Positions 50,564-59,062 of a stretch of 64,000 nucleotides of DNA are shown piece by piece; within the stretch, counting starts at the first letter, position 1, and the number at the start of each line of letters is the position of its first letter. The stretch covers positions 236,514 through 300,513 of the forward strand of contig MGJF01000002.1 in NCBI GenBank assembly GCA_001794125.1. The letters run 5' to 3'. Made by a program: the position numbers and the translations under genes. Source of the stretch: Candidatus Yanofskybacteria bacterium RIFCSPHIGHO2_01_FULL_43_32 (GTDB lineage Bacteria; Patescibacteriota; Minisyncoccia; 2-02-FULL-40-12; GWA2-44-9). The notes under the pieces were generated by a model that saw nothing but the letters and a program-made list of their open reading frames with translations, had not been told where the DNA came from and searched no databases.

Positions 50564-50584
50564 TATTCAGAAAAAATCACCGCT

Positions 50585-50890
50585 TTAGGCGGTGATTTTT
50601 GTGATTTGAATCTTGGTATATGGCTGGCGGTGGCCTTTTTTCTTATGCTGACGTGTTTTAGATTTAAATTTGAAAACCATCTTTTTTTCGCCTTTTCCTT
50701 CCTCTAACACCTTGGCGGAAACCTTGGCTCCGGAAACAACCGGCTTGCCAAGTTTTACCTCGCCGTTGACCACCAATAACACATCTTTAAAAACAATTTC
50801 TCCACCTTCAGTTTCCAATTTTTCAACCCTTAAAACATCGCCCTCGGCGACTTTATACTGTTTCCCTCCTGTTTTTATTACAGCAAACAT
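50585..50890 (-). CDS. rplU: 50S ribosomal protein L21
   Basis: [14 protein letters not shown]...GHRQPYT. Confidence 0.98.
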   Translation of the reverse strand: MFAVIKTGGKQYKVAEGDVLRVEKLETEGGEIVFKDVLLVVNGEVKLGKPVVSGAKVSAKVLEEGKGEKKMVFKFKSKTRQHKKKGHRQPYTKIQITKITA

Positions 50891-50930
50891 GATTTGTATA
50901 TGATATCTCAAAAAATTTGTTTTGTAAAGC

Positions 50931-51715
50931 AGGGCCAATAGAGAACATTGGAAAACTTTGTTTGGTCAAATTTATGAGTATTTTATGAAAAATCCTTTAG
51001 ATTTTGAGTTTGCCATTGTTTTTGCCAATTAAAAAGATAGCATAAAGCTATCTATCAACTGAGATTATTTCTATTTCACGGAAAATTCTTGACTTAGTAT
51101 ATGAGACCTTGAGAATATCGCCGACATGAGTTTGGTCATAGAATTCCTTAAAAACCTGAATTTCAGAAGATTGGTCCTTGATATTGAATGATAATTGCCA
51201 TTTCTCTGGTACGAGGAAACTGGCACCCGTTGATGTATGCCCTCGATGAGGTTCAAGGTGTTCCTTGTCTATAACAGCACTGTCTATGTGTTGGGCAGGT
51301 AAAGCAACGAAGTCCGACAACAAGGTCATTCCCAGAATAAATAGGATGCAAAACGCAATAACAAATCTCTTTTTCTCGGATCGACTCATCGGAGATGATG
51401 GTTTATCACCCTCGTATTTTCGACGACGGCTACTACGCATCTGACTAAACATGATAACTCCTCAGTCAACGAACTAATAGATTTATAAACTTATTTTTAG
51501 ATAGTGTCAATTATTCGTTATTTGGCATTTTCAGCCCAAAGTTTTCCCCTCCCCTTAGCCCCTCCGAAAAAGCTGTTTTCGGAAAACTCAAATTGGCTCA
51601 ATTACATAGATACCTCCTTAGTCATTTCATTTTGACCATTCTCCTTGGGTAGGGCCAATAGAGAACATTAGAAAACTTTGTTCTCTGATATTTATACATA
51701 TTTTATTCAAAATCC
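50931..51715. repeat. Direct repeat pair (50931-50995 and 51651-51715)
   Basis: agggccaatagagaacattRgaaaactttgtt 31/32 identical, looser match to 65 nt; copies 720 bp apart. Confidence 0.85.
51048..51452 (-). CDS. Hypothetical single-TM protein
   Basis: SD GAGGAG, own TTGACA promoter, OB-fold-like tail (EFYD...GD.L.V.Y). Confidence 0.7.
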   Translation of the reverse strand: MFSQMRSSRRRKYEGDKPSSPMSRSEKKRFVIAFCILFILGMTLLSDFVALPAQHIDSAVIDKEHLEPHRGHTSTGASFLVPEKWQLSFNIKDQSSEIQVFKEFYDQTHVGDILKVSYTKSRIFREIEIISVDR

Positions 51716-51814
51716 AATTTTAGACCGCTAGAAATAAAAAACACTCTACATTGACATCATATATAATTTATAGTATAGTTTAGAAAAGTTACTTTAAATA
51801 AGGAGTGTATCGGT

Positions 51815-52129
51815 ATGTGGAGTTTGTATCTGAAGTATAATCCCATTATTGTATTCGTTCTACGACCAATCCTGAGGTTGGTAGATGCCCATAATCACCC
51901 GCTATTGGGCGGTGTAGCAACAGCCATTGCATCAGGACTAGTCCATTATGGAATAATTCTGCCTTTTTGCTGGCAAGAAGCTGGGTTGATAGCTTCCCTA
52001 GCGGTAATCCCAATAGCAATTCACGCTCTATTTTGTATTAACATTCTTTCTAACCTTCTACTTGGGGTCAGTAGATATACAAGTGGTAAATATGGGAATA
52101 GACCCATCAATGACACACGGGGTGCATAA
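51815..52129 (+). CDS. Hypothetical membrane protein
   Basis: TTGACA-N17-TATAGT promoter, SD AAGGAG, downstream hairpin. Confidence 0.6.
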   Translation: MWSLYLKYNPIIVFVLRPILRLVDAHNHPLLGGVATAIASGLVHYGIILPFCWQEAGLIASLAVIPIAIHALFCINILSNLLLGVSRYTSGKYGNRPINDTRGA

Positions 52130-52188
52130 AGCATCCCGTTTTTATTTACTAAAATTTTATGTAACGGTTTTCCACTCCCCTTGGCCCC

Positions 52189-52443
52189 TCAAATAATGGG
52201 TTTACCGAATTTAATAAGATTTAATTTTTTCTCGCGCCGCCATCCTTTGATTTGTGCCTCTCTTTTTAAAGCCCCGGATACACTATTATACTTTTCGGCA
52301 TATAAAACTTTCACGACTTTTCTTGCTCGTGTATAACGGGCGCCCTTACCAGCTTGGTGCTCAAGAAACCTTCTCTCAACATCTTTCGCAATACCAGCAT
52401 AAAACGTACCATCCCCACATTGAATAAGGTATACAAAATACAT
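52189..52443 (-). CDS. Small GIY-YIG nuclease (UPF0213/YhbQ-like)
   Basis: YFVYL.C.DG.FY.G..D.ERR..EH.AGKGARYTR, A.KRE..IK. Confidence 0.92.
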   Translation of the reverse strand: MYFVYLIQCGDGTFYAGIAKDVERRFLEHQAGKGARYTRARKVVKVLYAEKYNSVSGALKREAQIKGWRREKKLNLIKFGKPII

Positions 52444-52519
52444 AAATTATTTTTTGAAGCGCCCTTCGATAAACTCAGGGCACTTCTCCGGCTCAGCTTG
52501 CACTGAGCCTGTCGAAGTG

Positions 52520-52591
52520 CAGCGCCACGGAGAATCGAACTCCGCTTCCATGCTTGAGAAGCATGTGTCCTAACCGATAGACGATGGCGCC
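52520..52591 (-). tRNA. tRNA-Glu (CTC), CCA not encoded
   Basis: ggcgcca acceptor, catgc-ttCTCaa-gcatg anticodon arm, GTTCGATTC T-loop. Confidence 0.95.
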
Positions 52592-52700
52592 ATATTTATA
52601 ATTATTTTAGGCCAATTTTAGCATATTTTCCTGATTTGACAAATAGGGTTAAAGTATGCTATAATACATTCATAAGCAGTTCCCAAAAAAGGAGTGCGCC

Positions 52701-52853
52701 ATGAGAAGCATTGTTGGAATTCTCGGACTGCTCGTTTTCCTTGTCCTCGCCTATCTGGCCGCCGGTTCCTACATCGACGGCATCAAGGCGAAAACCGAGA
52801 CGAAGTGCTCCGAAACGCGCCAGACCCTCGGTCTGTGCGAACCAGGCAAGTAG
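52701..52853 (+). CDS. 50-aa single-TM small protein (absent from ORF track)
   Basis: TTGACA-N18-TATAAT at 52636-52665, SD AAGGAG, MRSIVGILGLLVFLVLAYLAAGSY...CEPGK, terminator about 52880-52905. Confidence 0.75.
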   Translation: MRSIVGILGLLVFLVLAYLAAGSYIDGIKAKTETKCSETRQTLGLCEPGK

Positions 52854-52907
52854 CGCGTTCGGCTCACCAAGCCGGAGCCAAAGCCCCAGAACATCGGGGC
52901 TTTTGTT

Positions 52908-54218
52908 TTATTTAGAAAGCCACTTTTTACCCTGTCTGACCAGCAGGTCTTTTTTATTTCCTCCGCCGGCTGGCGGATCCGCCATTATTTCTTCCACTAT
53001 TTTTTCCATCCTCATTCCCTGCGAACCTTTTATCAAAATTAAATCCCCTTCTTTGATTAACTCTTTAACTTTCAATTTCGCTTCATCCGACGTATCAAAT
53101 CTATAAATATTTTCTCTGGGCATCTGATTGAAGGCCGAGTCAGCAATAAATTTCGCCCTTGAACCCACACAAACAAGCAAATCAACAAAACTTCCGGCCA
53201 CATTTCCCGCTTCTTTATGGGCATCTATCGTATATTTTCCCAACTCAAGCATATCTCCCAAAACAGCGACCCTCCGCGTTCCGGGTAAGTCCCGGAGTGT
53301 TTCCAACGCTAAATGTGTAGATAAAGGAGATGCATTATATGTGTCGTCTATGATTGTAGAGTTTTTGATTCCTTTCAGTATTTTCAATCTGCCTTTCGGT
53401 CCGTGATATTCAGAAATGGCCTCGCTTATATCAACCAAATTCATGTCGAAAATTGAACCGATCGCGGCCGCCGCGGCGGCGGCATATCCTTGGGATTTAC
53501 CCAAAGAACCGCTCAATTTAAATGGCACAAAACTATCATTATAATTTATTTTAAAACTCACTCCTTCTGGTCTCTCGTTAGAAATTAGAGATTGGAAATT
53601 AGAAATTTTAATATTTGCTCCCTCGCCAAACCCGAATGTAAGCACTTTTGCTTTTGTCCTTTCTTTCATTTCAAAAACAGCTAAATCGTCAAAGTTCAAA
53701 ACCGCGAAATCAGAGACCGAAAGCGCCTCGATAAGCCGGCCCTTCTCTTTGGCCACACCTTCAGGTCCGGAGAAATATTCTACATGAACCGGCACTTCCC
53801 CGACCGCGGTTACCACTCCGATATGAGGTTTGAACTTGGCGGCTAATCGCTTTATGTCGCCCGGCTTATCCGCTCCGTATTCTAACACTAAAATCTCCGG
53901 ATAATTTTTTTGAAAAAACAGGCCACAAAAAGAAACCGCCAAAACTCTGATCCAAAAAAACAAAGTATTCTCCGCTTCATAATATTCATCGGCCCAATTG
54001 CCCACGATGGTCAGCGGCACGCCGAATTCGTTGTTAAGATTGCCCTTTCCGGATCTGACTCTTTTTGACCTCGCCAACACAGCCGAAATCGCTTCTTTGG
54101 TTGATGTCTTGCCGACATTTCCGGTAATAGCGATAATTTGCGGTTTATAGCGCCTTAAATACATTTTGGCGATTATGTCGAGTTTCCAGACGATTATTTT
54201 TTTAATAAAGTTTTTCAT
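52908..54218 (-). CDS. murF: UDP-MurNAc-tripeptide--D-Ala-D-Ala ligase
   Basis: ITGNVGKTSTKE, NNEFGVP, IDDTYNASP, GDMLELG, KGS. Confidence 0.94.
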   Translation of the reverse strand: MKNFIKKIIVWKLDIIAKMYLRRYKPQIIAITGNVGKTSTKEAISAVLARSKRVRSGKGNLNNEFGVPLTIVGNWADEYYEAENTLFFWIRVLAVSFCGLFFQKNYPEILVLEYGADKPGDIKRLAAKFKPHIGVVTAVGEVPVHVEYFSGPEGVAKEKGRLIEALSVSDFAVLNFDDLAVFEMKERTKAKVLTFGFGEGANIKISNFQSLISNERPEGVSFKINYNDSFVPFKLSGSLGKSQGYAAAAAAAIGSIFDMNLVDISEAISEYHGPKGRLKILKGIKNSTIIDDTYNASPLSTHLALETLRDLPGTRRVAVLGDMLELGKYTIDAHKEAGNVAGSFVDLLVCVGSRAKFIADSAFNQMPRENIYRFDTSDEAKLKVKELIKEGDLILIKGSQGMRMEKIVEEIMADPPAGGGNKKDLLVRQGKKWLSK

Positions 54219-54219
54219 T

Positions 54220-55950
54220 TTATTTTCTCGTAGGTGGAATCTTATAGTAATTAATTAAAAACTGCGCAACTTCTCTGAATGTCGGAGACAAGCTGTCGGC
54301 GGCGAATTGGATTCCTTTCGGCCGGTCCATTTTTATCAGAATTACGAACTTCGGGTCCAGGCCTGGCGCAAATCCGAGAAAATCATGAATAAACTCTTTT
54401 TCGTCATAACCGCCTTTTCCGTCAGGTATCTGCGCGGTTCCGGTTTTACCGGCTATATCATATCCCTTAATTTTAGCTTTATCAAAACCGTTGTCTACCA
54501 CCCCGACCAGCATTGTTTTTAATTTATCTGATGTTTTTTTGGAAAATGGGATGCTTATTATTTCCGGCTTGGTAACCGTTTCTTCTCCCCCTTCTTTGAC
54601 TATTTTTTCAACAACATATGGCCTCATCAGTTTTCCTCCGTTTGCGATGGCCGAATACGCATTTATAAGCTGTATCGGCGTAACCGCTATTCCCTGACCG
54701 AAGGACGCCGTCAAATAATTAATTTTTCTTCCGCTGTAAAGATTGGTAATGTCGCCGTTAACTTCGCCCGGCAGATCTATGCCGGTTCTTTGTCCGAATC
54801 CGGTATTTATCGTGTAGTTGAGAAAATTATCGTCGCCTACGGAATTTTCAACAAACATCGCTCCGGTGTTTATAGATTTTTCCAACACTTGAGACATAGT
54901 CTGCAGACCAAAAACTTTATTGCTGAAGTTGCGTATGGTATATTCAGCGGCTTTTATAAATCCTTCGTCGGTAAATGTGGTCTGAGGAGTGACCTTAGCC
55001 AAATCCAGTCCCATAGCCATAGTTATTGGCTTATAAGAAGAACCCGGCTCAAAAACTTCCTGCACGCCTTTATTTAAAAAAAGGGCGGTTGGGTAATCAC
55101 TATAGTTATTAGGGTCAAATGTCGGCTTATCGGCCATGGCCAATATCTTGCCCGTATTCGGGTCCTGAACAATGATTGTCCCGCCCCGGGCATCCCATTT
55201 TTTCAACACGCTTTCGAGTTTATCTTCTGTGTAAGCCTGTATGTTCTTATCTATGGTCAAAACAATATCCGACGGTCGGTTGAACGTGTTATTTCCGCCG
55301 GATAGCGAATTACTGCCGGAAATAAGGTTTTTAATAAAACCAACCGCTCCTGTGGCAATCGGCGCTTTTGCGGCCGTCTTACCGAACAAGTCATTATCAT
55401 AATAAGACTCGATGCCATATTGTCCGGAACGGCCGTTCAGGTCATATCCCAAAAATCCCATGACATTGGATGCCAACTCCTGTCCGGGATAGAACCTGTC
55501 CGTTTCGTATGAAATACCCAGTCCCCTTAAATTCAGGCCTTTTATTTGTTCGACCTGATTCGTCTCCAGCCGTCTTGCCAGTACTTTGGAAGAGTTTTGT
55601 CCCGATTGGATTGTGTTTAGGATCCGATCTTTATCAGTTTTTAAAATATCGGCCACCCGGGATATTTTTTCCCCGTCGGTTTTCCAGTCAATTTTGGCCG
55701 GAACGACATAAGCGAGGGGGAACTTCTTGTTGGTAGCGGCGAGGAACAAATTATTAGATGTCGGGTCTTTCAGATATATATTGCCCCTGGCCAGAATGTT
55801 GGTGATATTATCCCTTTGAGCCGCTGCGGTCCGGGAATAAACCGAATGCCGGATATAAGATAAAATAAAAAGCCTGTATAAAATCAGGCCCGAAACGATC
55901 AAAACAAGAACAAAAAATATGTTTATGCGAAAATTATCATGTTTACTCAT
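54220..55950 (-). CDS. ftsI: Class B penicillin-binding protein (FtsI-like)
   Basis: EPGSSYK, SIN, KTGTAQ; position in the mraZ-rsmH cluster. Confidence 0.88.
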   Translation of the reverse strand: MSKHDNFRINIFFVLVLIVSGLILYRLFILSYIRHSVYSRTAAAQRDNITNILARGNIYLKDPTSNNLFLAATNKKFPLAYVVPAKIDWKTDGEKISRVADILKTDKDRILNTIQSGQNSSKVLARRLETNQVEQIKGLNLRGLGISYETDRFYPGQELASNVMGFLGYDLNGRSGQYGIESYYDNDLFGKTAAKAPIATGAVGFIKNLISGSNSLSGGNNTFNRPSDIVLTIDKNIQAYTEDKLESVLKKWDARGGTIIVQDPNTGKILAMADKPTFDPNNYSDYPTALFLNKGVQEVFEPGSSYKPITMAMGLDLAKVTPQTTFTDEGFIKAAEYTIRNFSNKVFGLQTMSQVLEKSINTGAMFVENSVGDDNFLNYTINTGFGQRTGIDLPGEVNGDITNLYSGRKINYLTASFGQGIAVTPIQLINAYSAIANGGKLMRPYVVEKIVKEGGEETVTKPEIISIPFSKKTSDKLKTMLVGVVDNGFDKAKIKGYDIAGKTGTAQIPDGKGGYDEKEFIHDFLGFAPGLDPKFVILIKMDRPKGIQFAADSLSPTFREVAQFLINYYKIPPTRK

Positions 55951-56057
55951 GGCAACAAATTATAATTATGAGCGAGGAGTGAAATGACCAAAAGTCATTT
56001 CATCCGAGCGAGTTAAATATGCAAAGTATAATGAGAAACAGCAAAACTTGAAAGAAT

Positions 56058-56390
56058 TCACGGCTTCAAAGCCACATCCCCGTTTTCAAAAAGATATACC
56101 GCGTTTTTTGCCTCCTCCATGTTTTGGCTTAAGGCAAAATCAAGAATCCTTGCCGGATCTTCCATTAATGATTTTTGGGCGGCTAAAGAACTGCGAACCT
56201 CGTTTAAAGATTCCAGCTTTTGATTCAACAGATTTGTTTTATAATTTCCGGCCGCAACTATATTGGCTTGAACCACGTAATAAATCGTCAAAAGTCCGGC
56301 AATCAACAATATTATCGTGTTGAGCAGAAAAACCGTGCTTACTGAATTATGATTTAATTCTTTGACTCCCGCATGTTTGGTTACTGTCAC
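56058..56390 (-). CDS. Putative FtsL-like division protein
   Basis: TM plus coiled coil, between rsmH and the PBP gene. Confidence 0.6.
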   Translation of the reverse strand: MTVTKHAGVKELNHNSVSTVFLLNTIILLIAGLLTIYYVVQANIVAAGNYKTNLLNQKLESLNEVRSSLAAQKSLMEDPARILDFALSQNMEEAKNAVYLFENGDVALKP

Positions 56391-56561
56391 TGTTTTAGGG
56401 TTAGGGCATTCCTACCCATCCCGTTTATGGTTGGCAGCGAGGATGATTGAAGGTTATTTCAATTCATCCGAGCGAACCAACTAAACCGATTTTATTTTAT
56501 AAAATGGTTCCTTGTTTATAATTTTGTTGCTACTTTCTCCGCCAGCCGGCGGATTGACGCT

Positions 56562-57431
56562 TCAAACCTTCTGTGCAACCTTCATCTTTGCACTCCTGCT
56601 TCGCGGATTTGTCCTCTGTTCTTCCCAGCTCGGCCTTATCGTTCCTTTTACCGCTAATTTTATGGCTCCGGCTTTCACATTCTCTTTAAATACTTCCTTC
56701 ACCGTCTTGTCTTCCAACCCCTGAAACGATATCACCGCCAATCTTCCGCCCGGTTTTAACACCTCTATCGCCGCCTGAACGCCCTTTCGGACGTTTCCCA
56801 ATTCGTCGTTCACTTTCACCCTTAACGCCTGGAATGTCTTGGTCGCGAAGTTTATTTTCTGTTGCTTGTACCATTCTGGAACCGACCGGCTGATAACATT
56901 TACAAGGTCCTCGGTCATAATAATCGGCTTTTCACGCCTCGCTCTGACAATGTTCTTGGCTATATTTCCGGCAAACTGTTCTTCGCCCAGATAACTTATT
57001 AATTCCCTCAATTCGTCTTCGCTGTATTTATTCACGATATCAACGGCGCTTTCGGGCTGGATTTCGGGATTAAACCTCATGTCCAGTATTTCATTTCTCT
57101 TGAAAGAAAATCCCCTGCCGCTTTCTTCGTAATGCCATGACGACAATCCAAGATCAAACAATATTCCGTCCGGTTTAAATTTGTAATCTTTAACTATGTT
57201 TTTTAAATTTACATAACTATCATTAATTTTTATCAACCTATCGTCATTCAACTGCAAGCTTTTAAACAACGTGGGGTCAAATTCTATGCCCAGGATCTTT
57301 ACCTCGGGATATTTTTCAAGGATTGCCCTCGTGTGCCCCCCTCCGTCGAGAGTGGCATCTATAATGTTGCTGTTCTTTCCTATGTTTAAATATTCAATCG
57401 CTTCTTTTAATAAAACGGGGGTATGCGCCAT
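56562..57431 (-). CDS. rsmH: 16S rRNA m4C1402 methyltransferase
   Basis: HTPVLL, DATLDGGGH, DLGLSS, FQALR..VN.EL, NPRSRSAK. Confidence 0.97.
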   Translation of the reverse strand: MAHTPVLLKEAIEYLNIGKNSNIIDATLDGGGHTRAILEKYPEVKILGIEFDPTLFKSLQLNDDRLIKINDSYVNLKNIVKDYKFKPDGILFDLGLSSWHYEESGRGFSFKRNEILDMRFNPEIQPESAVDIVNKYSEDELRELISYLGEEQFAGNIAKNIVRARREKPIIMTEDLVNVISRSVPEWYKQQKINFATKTFQALRVKVNDELGNVRKGVQAAIEVLKPGGRLAVISFQGLEDKTVKEVFKENVKAGAIKLAVKGTIRPSWEEQRTNPRSRSAKMKVAQKV

Positions 57432-57509
57432 GCTCGGAATGGGATTCCCTGGGTCGCCCGCGAGGGCCCCTTTAGGGACACGCGTCGGCGACTTAGGGAT
57501 TTCTGTTTT

Positions 57510-57944
57510 TTATATCAATCCGAGCTCCCCCAATTTCTCGGCTATTTTATCCGAATTTTTTTCTAAATTATTTTTATAACCGTTCCATCTTTCTTCATCC
57601 CATATTTCCAGCCTGTTGAACAATCCGGAGACCACCACTTCTTTATTCAAACTCGCAAATTCTTTTAAATTGTCCGGTATTAATATTCTTCCCAAAGAAT
57701 CGAATTCCACCTCTACGGCTCCCGAAAGGAATAAGCGGGCAAACGACCTGGTGTCCTGTTTTCCTATGGATAATCCCCCAATCATCTCGGCGAATGGCGC
57801 CCAGTTCTTTAAAGGAAAAATGAACAAACAGCCATCAAGACCCTTGGTAAGAACCGCTCCATCTCCAAGCTCTTTCCTGAATTTTGAAGGGATAGCAAGC
57901 CGTTTCTTGGGGTCCAGATTGTGCCTATATTCACCGATTAACAT
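57510..57944 (-). CDS. mraZ: Transcriptional regulator MraZ
   Basis: GEYRHNLDPKKRLAIP and D..GRILIP. Confidence 0.96.
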   Translation of the reverse strand: MLIGEYRHNLDPKKRLAIPSKFRKELGDGAVLTKGLDGCLFIFPLKNWAPFAEMIGGLSIGKQDTRSFARLFLSGAVEVEFDSLGRILIPDNLKEFASLNKEVVVSGLFNRLEIWDEERWNGYKNNLEKNSDKIAEKLGELGLI

Positions 57945-58007
57945 AGTTATCAACAGTTTTCTATTAACGACACCCCGTGTCGTTAATCAACAGATTACGG
58001 TAATCAT

Positions 58008-58033
58008 TAACACTTCTATCCACAATTCACCAC
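58008..58033 (-). promoter_or_regulatory. Putative MraZ operator repeats
   Basis: GTGGTG-aatt-GTGGAT-agaa-GTGTTA, 10-bp periodicity upstream of mraZ. Confidence 0.65.
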
Positions 58034-58124
58034 TTACAGAATAAGTATAGCACCGCTCCGGACGGACGCAAGTGTGCATAACTTCCGGTCCTTTCCGAAT
58101 AAAAACCGGCCCCTTGGGCCGGTT

Positions 58125-58221
58125 TTAGAAGTCATCACCGCAATCGCCGAATTTTTGAAGAAAGCGGTTTATTACCTCCTCGGTAACCGGCGCCGGAGGC
58201 GCCGGTCAGAGTCAGGATCAC
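58125..58221 (-). pseudogene. Internally deleted P-loop protein remnant
   Basis: SD plus GTG, ILTLTGASGAG, then out-of-frame VTEEVINRFLQKFGDCGDDF* and a terminator. Confidence 0.45.
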
Positions 58222-58307
58222 ACATCCCTCTTTTTCAATGAACAGCTGGTGTTTTTATAACACATCTGATATCCTTGGAACAAGTTTTTTTAAATCAAGG
58301 AGAAATT

Positions 58308-58964
58308 GTGACTAAGCGGGGCCTGTGCTTTGACCTGGACGGAACATTAATAGATTCCGGAAGAGAAGGATTAAAAAGAGTACTCAAAATAGCCGCGGTG
58401 CGAAATCTTCCGGTGACGCCAGAGATCAAACAGCGCATCAGAGACATGTGGGGCGCCGAACCATTCAAACTCTTGCGGATAATTTGGCCCGATGAAGACC
58501 CAAAGGCTTTTTTCAACGAATGGGAAAATTTGGATATAGCTGAACCGCTTCCGGCGTTTCCGGGAACAAGAGAAGCCTTGAAAAAGCTTCGCCCGTATTT
58601 CAATATGAGTATTGTGACCAACCGCCAACCCAGAACGATCTTTGCCCAACTTTTGCACAATGACATCGCAGAATTCTTCGAACAGATAATTACGCCGGCG
58701 CACAACGGCCACAAAAAACCTGAACCGGAAATTATGGAGCCCATTTTTGAAAAATACAAAGCCGACCAAATAGAGCGGGGGGGTATAATTCTGGTCGGCG
58801 ATACTGTTGAAAACGACTGGAAACTTGCTCAAGCAACCGGAATTGAATTTTATGCCGTTGTTTCCGGAGGAATGGACACTCGCGAGAAATTCCTCGCCGC
58901 CGGAGTCCCTGAAGACCATATCACTGACTCGGCGGCCGATCTGCCCCGAATCTTACTAAAATAA
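58308..58964 (+). CDS. HAD-family hydrolase
   Basis: FDLDGTLIDS, KPEP, VGDT..D. Confidence 0.92.
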   Translation: MTKRGLCFDLDGTLIDSGREGLKRVLKIAAVRNLPVTPEIKQRIRDMWGAEPFKLLRIIWPDEDPKAFFNEWENLDIAEPLPAFPGTREALKKLRPYFNMSIVTNRQPRTIFAQLLHNDIAEFFEQIITPAHNGHKKPEPEIMEPIFEKYKADQIERGGIILVGDTVENDWKLAQATGIEFYAVVSGGMDTREKFLAAGVPEDHITDSAADLPRILLK

Positions 58965-58985
58965 ACCCCGAATGGGGTTTTATTG

Positions 58986-59057
58986 TGGGCTCGAGAGGGA
59001 TTGAACCTCTGACCTTCCGAATGTGAATCGGACGTTCTACCACTGAACTACGAGCCC
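58986..59057 (-). tRNA. tRNA-Val (CAC), CCA not encoded
   Basis: gggctcg acceptor, tccga-ttCACat-tcgga, GGTTCAATCC. Confidence 0.95.
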
Positions 59058-59062
59058 GAACC

